In this document: positions 36,396 through 43,608 of the stretch, piece after piece
Layout: every line of letters starts with the position of its first letter
Position numbering within the stretch: position 1 is the first letter of the stretch
Assembly: GCA_051294375.1 (NCBI GenBank)
Contig: CM119264.1
Span: 1,997,349-2,040,956, forward strand
From: Paraspadella gotoi
Taxonomy: Eukaryota > Animalia > Chaetognatha
DNA: 43,608 nt
Direction of reading: 5' to 3'
Notes under the pieces: generated by a model
Database searches by the model: none
Seen by the model: the letters and a program-made list of their open reading frames with translations, nothing else
Told to the model about the DNA's origin: nothing
Position numbers and translations under genes: made by a program

Positions 36396-37333
36396 TCTTA
36401 CCAAGCTAATGCATAGAGGTCCCCTGCAAGCTCTTCAATCTAAAGACTCTCTCACAGTCTCGTTTATTCGACTCCCAGAGTACCGGCTTTCCTATCTAGA
36501 TGAAGTGATAATATTTCAAAGAATGCTTTCAATTGCTATGAAAAGCACACTCCCGTTAAGTAATTCGATCGGTCGAATACCTATATTTACTCCGCTTATC
36601 CATCAAAATACAAACTAATTTTATTAATTGGTATGTCAGACTATTGTTATTTATTTGACGAATTTATATTTTCTATGCGACAGTCTTACATTTCGGATGC
36701 ACACCTAAAAGCGTAGGTTTTATTCTGAAGAAACTTAAATTTCAATTTAAAATCTTCTTTTCTATCTTTTTTGAAAACCAAAAAAATCGCCTTTTCAAAG
36801 GGGCGCGGCAAAGCAACAAATACAGCTGTTTTAGTAAAATTCGCAAAAATAAATGGCAGGTTTGGTAAAGCCCTCGTCGTCTAAGGCGGCCATCAGTGTG
36901 TGCGAGCGCAAGCAAATGGCCAGCAAAATGGCCAGAAGTTAGCCAAACCAACTTCGACGTCGACGACAAAATAATTGAAAACCTGGAGATTGATTGGAAG
37001 GACGAGGGAGAGAACCTATGCAGCTCTCAAGGCCACGGGAGGCTAAAAATCACTTTCAAAGGCTCAGGGTTTCAGGGCATCAAAGAATCTAAACCTCGGC
37101 TGAAGTCGAGCGTGCAGAGGGGAGGGCCCCGGCAAAGAGTCGGAAGGGGCAGAAAACAAGGCGCTCCTCTCTAGCCCAGATGGGCGTCGCACGGGTGATG
37201 AACCGGCTGTTTCTGCAACAACTACAAAAAGAGATCCGTCGTGCTACGACTTTGCGCAGACTCTCCCCTCTGTGTCAACGATCAGATCGACGCGCAATTT
37301 CCTCGGGGTTGGGTTCGCGGTCGGGCTACTACT
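36396..37333 (+). repeat. Second copy of the MACPF 5' segment (direct repeat of 22347-23280)
   Basis: Colinear from aagctaatgcatagaggtccc to gggctactac; the reading frame is cut at GYY by the junction at 37333. Confidence 0.92.
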
Positions 37334-40300
37334 GATGGAGGCCTTAAACCAGCAAAGCCTGTCCAAAGTCAGGCGCAAAATAGCTTATTTATTGAATGAA
37401 TGGATACTTTTTATCTTAAATATTTTTATTATATATTTTATATTACCAATTTCATAGTATGACACAAAAACATTCCTGAAGGTGACATCAAATTTTACCC
37501 AAAAGTCTAAGTTACATTTAATCTAAAACTTACCCGCTCCTTTGACGGACTCGGCGAACCACACGACGCCAATCAAAACGAAGGAGATTAGATAAATTTT
37601 TACTCGCATGTTTCTAATGCAACGTTTAGAAAAAAGGAAATTGTTTAGAATATTTAAAACTAGATGATTCAATAGTTTAAAAAAATACTAACATAAATAA
37701 TCGTCGACCGTCAGAAGAAAAGATAAAATAGCATATCAATTTTTCTATGAGATAAAACTGTACTATCGATGCGAAAGTCAAGAACTGAGGTCGCGTTGTA
37801 ACCAATAACCAATAACGCTAAATTAAACTCAGTATGAAAACAGAAGAAAAACGTGCGTTGAAAAAAGAACTTACCTTTCCACCGATTGAACGTTTTTTAG
37901 AAAGAGCGGCCTTGGCATTAGCTATTTATACTCAAGTAGCCGGTCTGGCCGTTTCTAAAAAGGAACCGGTTATTTCTCCAGCGTATTCGCCTTCCTGTCA
38001 AATTATTGACGAAGTTGAAAAGGCGAGTTTTTGGGATGCCCCACATGCGACAGTGAGACAGCATGTTCATTACACTGTTTTTTTTTAACCATGCAAGTGA
38101 AAATTTTTACAATACTGTTCAGTTTCTAGTATAATTTTAAGTGCTTAAAACGATTAACAAAGGTGTCGTCAATCAGATTTTGCGTTAGTCCCACGCACAA
38201 TTGACCGGAAGTTGACGTTAACTACAACATTGAATTTTTCCATTTTCTTTAACTTAAAATTAAGAATTAATTAAGAATTAAGATGAGAATCGTAGATCAT
38301 GAAAAGGCTTGTACCTGTAAACATTTTTAAANNNNNNNNNNNNNNNNNNNNNNNNNATTAAAATAAATTTTTGTGTGGGTAAGGAAGTGTGTGATTGAGC
38401 GGGATATGAAGTTTCGATTGAATCATGCGAGTGAAATGAGTTTAAATGAAAAAAAAATTTCACTATTTGAACGCCAATTACTCTGGAGAGGATGGGGCAA
38501 TTGACTTGAATTTTTTTAAGTGTGTGATTAGGCTGGAAATTTAGTTCGATGGAATCGTTTGAGTGGAATGATTTAAATGAAAAAAAAACAAAAAACTGTT
38601 TTACTAATTGATTATGCTTCTTTTTCTTTTTAAAAATGCAAGAAGTATTAAATAATCAAATAATTAATCAGTTATTTAATCAATTAATTATATCAAAAAC
38701 AAATTAATCAGCCAATTAATCATTCAATATATTATTCAATAAATGAATTTATTTATCTATTAATTAATTATCATCAATCAATTTATTTATCAATTAATTA
38801 ATTATTTAATCAATCAATCAAACAATCAATTAATCAATCAATCAAGTAATCAATCATATCGCATTATTGTCGTCGCGCCTCATTGTCATCGGTTCTTTTG
38901 TTGTGTAGTGATAAAAAGTCTAAAAAACAAACATTTTGGATCAAATTAATTAATTAATTAGGCAATTAATTAATTTAATTATAAAACTAAATTAATTAAT
39001 TTACCGCTAATGATCGTGGGCAGATTCGACATTGTTGCTCAAACTTGTTTTTTTTAGTTTTGAAAGCAGATTAGAATTCCTTATAAAAGTTCATAAAAGA
39101 AATATAATCTATCAAGATTTTCATTAAGTTAGTAAAAATCAAAAAAACTTTATTTTTTATACTAAATTTTATTATAGGTTAATAATAATATTTTTGGGGA
39201 TTTTGACCACTTAATGAAATAATTTTCTAAAAAGAGTTATATTTTCCTTTCATCAACTTTTCGTGAGGAATTCGAATCTGCTTTAAAAAAAAAATTAAAA
39301 TTTTGATCATTTCTTATGGTTAGACAAATAAATGATGGTCGAATGCGCAAATGAAAATAAAATATTAATGTTTTTAATTAAATTTTAGTATAAAAAATAT
39401 AGTTTTTTGATTTTTTGATTAAGACTTATATTTTCTTTTATGAACTTTTTATAGGAATTCTAATCTGCTTGCAAAACTAAAAAAACAAGTTTGAGCAAAC
39501 AATGTCGGATCTGCCCACAATCATTAGCGGTAATTAATTAATTTAGTTTTTATTGATTAAATTAATTAATTATTTGCCTAATTAATTAATTAATTTGATC
39601 CAAAATGTTTGTTTTTAGATCTTTTCATCACTAATCATAACAAAAGCAACGATGACGATGATGGCGACGATGACAATAATGCCGATAACGATTGATTTAC
39701 TTGATTGATTGATTAATTGATTGTTTGATTGATTGATTAAATAATTAATTAATTGATAAATAAATTGATTGATGGAATAATTAATTAATAGATAAATTGA
39801 TTTATTGAATAATATATTGAATGATTAATTGGCTGAAAATTTGTTTTTGATTAATTTGTTTTTGATTAATTAATTGATTAAATAACTGATTAATTATTTT
39901 ATTATTTAATACTTCTAGCATTTTATAAAAAGAAAAAGAAGCATAATCAATTAGTAAAACAGTNNNNNNNNNNNNNNNNNNNNNNNNNNNNNNNNNNNNN
40001 NNNNNNNNNNNNNNNNNNNNNNNNNNNNNNNNNNNNNNNNNNNNNNNNNNNNNNNNNNNNNNNNNNNNNNNNNNNNNNNNNNNNNNNNNNNNNNNNNNNN
40101 NNNNNNNNNNNNNNNNNNNNNNNNNNNNNNNNNNNNNNNNNNNNNNNNNNNNNNNNNNNNNNNNNNNNNNNNNCACGAGTAATTGGTGTTTTTTGGTAAG
40201 GTGGGACGGACAGACCGACGGACGGACGGACATAATTTTTTTTGCATAATTTATCATAATTTGATGTTCTGACATGATCTAAGTGAATGCCCAACAAGAT

Positions 40301-40940
40301 TGGGGGGGTGGACCGACGGACCGACAAAGAGAATTATAGAGTCGGAATCTACGGTAAGAATTTCACGATTTCAAAGCTCAAGGGCTTTGTCAAAGGGAAC
40401 CAAATCCAGCGTCAGTTTAAAATTAAAAGAAACGGAAATGCACGAATTATATTTTTTTATAATAACAAATCACCAAACTGAAATTTGAACGTTTTTTTAG
40501 GACAAAATAAACGTCAAGTATTCTAACTAATAAATTGTTATAAAAATAATATACAGTGAAAGAATTACGTGTTTAATCAAGTCTTTTAGTATCGGTCCAG
40601 ATTGAAGTCCTTGTAAGTCTAGGAATTAAAAGCTTAATTACTAAGAAGAGAGAGAGAGAGAAATTGTGTTGAACTTGTCTACTGAACTTTCCGGTTCTAG
40701 TTCGAGCAGACTGCTTGCAGCCTTACGATGACACAAAATACAAATTGAAGAGCTGTCAACCAATCTCATATTTTAAGTCTTGGCTTAAAAAATATAACAT
40801 CTATCATTGAGAAAAACGCATATATTTTCTAGAAATATAACTTTTTGTTTTACCATAATTTATTTGTTTTGAGTATAAAAAATAAAAACTGAAAAAAGAT
40901 GTTATAATATATGTTAGGATTTGAATTTTTTTTTTCAAAA

Positions 40941-42978
40941 ATGGCTTCAAATGTTCACCAACTGCGATTATGGAATGACTTCAGCGCCAAAGCTTAGTAA
41001 GTCTTTGCCTCTAATTTTGAGAATTCATCTTTCTCTTCTTTTGAACGATTGATTGATTTTGGATGCGGCACTGGAGAGACAACGGAAAAAATCGCTGAAT
41101 GGATCTTGGAACTCAATCGTAAAAGTGGACAAGATTGGTAAATTAAGAAATGGAGTTTAGAAAAATTGAATAAAATAATAAAAGTAAAACATATGGATTC
41201 ATTATCAGAATTATGAAATATACTTTTTTTACAGACATGTAAGTGTTTAGGTGTTTCTTTGATAAGTAATTGGTACAACTAATATAAAAATTATCTATTC
41301 CTTCAAGCTATATTGCCTCTTGACTTGGTACAGGTTACAGGATATTTGGCACAGGGTTTCCATTACTTTGTACCAGATAAAAACGGTACCAGACCTCACA
41401 ATTTTGTTTATCAACAACCTGGTCTACATATTAAAATCTTAAATTCTCTGTTTTTCTTTAAGCTCCAAATTAAGCGTGAGTGACCTGGTATGACCTCATT
41501 TCAGCAAACGTCATAAATGCAAAAACGTTTGCAAATCGCCGCATCTGGAATTTTACTTTAAAGAAGCTGATTTCGGTGACGTATCGCACTTTCCCGCCAG
41601 AAATGGGAATCGAGACTTTGATTAAGGTCACGAGTTGTTTGTGTCAGTATCATTTTGTGAAGAATCAAGCGAAGTTTAAGGAACATTTCGGTTTATTATT
41701 GGTTTAAGAACCTGGAGGACACTTTTTCATNNNNNNNNNNNNNNNNNNNNNNNNNNNNNNNNNNNNNNNNNNNNNNNNNNNNNNNNNNNNNNNNNNNNNN
41801 NNNNNNNNNNNNNNNNNNNNNNNNNNNNNNNNNNNNNNNNNNNNNNNNNNNNNNNNNNNNNNNNNNNNNNNNNNNNNNNNNNNNNNNNNNNNNNNNNNNN
41901 NNNNNNNNNNNNNNNNNNNNNNNNNNNNNNNNNNNNNNNNNNNNNNNNNNNNNNNNNNNNNNNNNNNNNNNNNNNNNNNNNNNNNNNNNNNNNNNNNNNN
42001 NNNNNNNNNNNNNNNNNNNNNNNNNNNNNNNNNNNNNNNNNNNNNNNNNNNNNNNNNNNNNNNNNNNTGGTTAATATTTTCTATATTTATGGTAGGATTT
42101 TTTTGAAGCTTAATATTAACAATATTGCCATCATTCTATCGTGGCCGGTATAAGAATATATTAAAAAAACCTCTGGCTTTGTTCGTCAGAGCTTAGTCCT
42201 ATGTTACATCATATCATGTCACATCATTTTATGTCACGAGAAATATACGTGATAAGGCAGTCACTGCAGCGCAACACATTTGAATTACCGTTCTTGTTTT
42301 TTCTTTGGAACCAAAATGTCAATTTCCTATACTCAAACGCATTTACATTAAAACCAGGCTTATTAGTTAGCACCAAGGCCTTAATTAAATTTCATTATTC
42401 ATATTTCAGTTGACACAAGGAATGAGACGTCCACCAATCAGCAGGAACAATTGAAACCCTACTCGTTCACACGAGGTTTAAAAGTTGTTCCAATTTTTTT
42501 TAGTGAAATGAATTTTTTTATTTCAATTTGATATTTTTTAGTATAATACTACTAATTAATCATTAATTAATTAATTTCTCTAAATTCAGCCGGGCTCGGC
42601 GTCCTCCCCAAATACTCCGAATACTTCCCACCAGGCGGCTTCAGCGCCGCCCTATTCCCCGGCCAAGCGGCCTATCACCCTTGGGGCCTTCCAGATCCGG
42701 CGGCCGGCTTCGCCCAACTCTCCGTCGACGCCGGCTTCCGCATCCTCGACGCACGCAACGCCCTCTTTACTTACGACTTCGACGGCGAGGCGGAACTAGA
42801 GAAAACGGTGAAACAATTGGCGTTGAGCGTCGAGCGACTCCCAGCGGCGAAACGCGACGAATTCGCCGTAGATTTCGTCGCTGAATACAGGAAGATTCGT
42901 CCTTTGGATGAGAGAGAGGCTGGGAGAAAGTTGGGGTTGGAGATGGGAGTCATTATTGTGGTGGGGGAAAAAGTGTGA
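40941..42978 (+). CDS. Class I SAM-dependent methyltransferase (JHAMT-like), copy 2. Exons ~40941-41137, ~41463 into gap, possibly ~42410-42475, and 42590-42978
   Basis: Motif I ERLIDFGCGTGETT at ~41043-41085, then GIDL / ADF / PGGHF motifs when indels are allowed. The last exon reads ...LPDPAAGFAQLSVDAGFRIL...FTYDF...ERLPAAKRDEFAVDF...IIVVGEKV*, resembling JHAMT-type C-termini. Substrate unknown. Confidence 0.75.
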
Positions 42979-43608
42979 GGGTTAGTGTGGAAATTTACAT
43001 TACATTGGTTACATCAATTTCATTGTACAATTGTATTTTTTTGAGTATAGAAAAGAAACAAAATAAGTAGTGAAAATAATATATATATATATATGTTGTA
43101 TTTGAAACATTTGAAAACATTTGAACTTGAGATGTTTTTCGTTTTTGTTACGTTTCTTGTGAGTACTCGTCACATTTGTAAGACATTGTATTATTGGGTC
43201 TTTTAATGTTTCAATTCTATAAAACGACCTCTCTTTTTTGTGTTTACTGAATAAATAGTGTTTATTTGTTTTCCTCAAAGTAAATATCAATATTAATCGA
43301 GCAACATTTCTATTTTTAGTCTTTGATTTCTGTGACTTTGTTTCCTGATTTGGCCGAACTTCTGTCACGCGACAGAACGAGACCAAAATCTGAATATTCA
43401 CTCCCACTCCAAAAAAAATGGAGCAGAGAATTTCGTTTTGAATTTTTACGACAAAAGGGAAACAAAAGCGAAACAAGAGAGAAACAAAAGCGAAACAATA
43501 GAGAAAGAAAAAAGAAACAATAGAGAAACAAAGAAAAGTCACGGGGCAACGAATTTGAATGGACGGAGCACCCATTCCACTTTTCACGGCGCTCGAATCT
43601 CTGACTCT

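Overview
AT-rich eukaryotic (probably invertebrate animal) genomic DNA from a gapped draft assembly with error-rich, long-read-like stretches. It has spliceosomal introns, the standard genetic code and many microsatellites. Genes recovered by hand-splicing: (1) an isolated lipoxygenase C-terminal exon (6055-6207, -); (2) a 3-exon ricin-B/beta-trefoil lectin-like gene with a GC-AG intron (8573-12418, +); (3) a large multidomain MACPF (perforin-like) gene with a Cys-rich furin-like region and a C-terminal F-type-lectin-like domain, present twice; (4) a class I SAM methyltransferase (JHAMT-like), present twice. From ~18.3 kb to ~43.2 kb the window reads as two copies of one unit joined at a 25-N gap, with a ~15 kb block (22347-37333) and two ~1 kb blocks flipped. 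This creates apparent giant palindromes and is most likely haplotype duplication or misassembly. The most interesting element is a miniature LTR retrotransposon (TRIM) family with four copies. Its ~235-bp LTRs carry a tRNA-like Pol III cassette inside a structured fold. It has a tRNA-Arg-like PBS, a PPT, 4-bp TSDs and non-canonical 5'-TA...CA-3' ends. hAT MITEs (8-bp TSD), a Tc1/mariner-type MITE (TA TSD) and DINE-1/Helentron-like repeats are also present. All family assignments come from motif recognition by eye; no database search was run.
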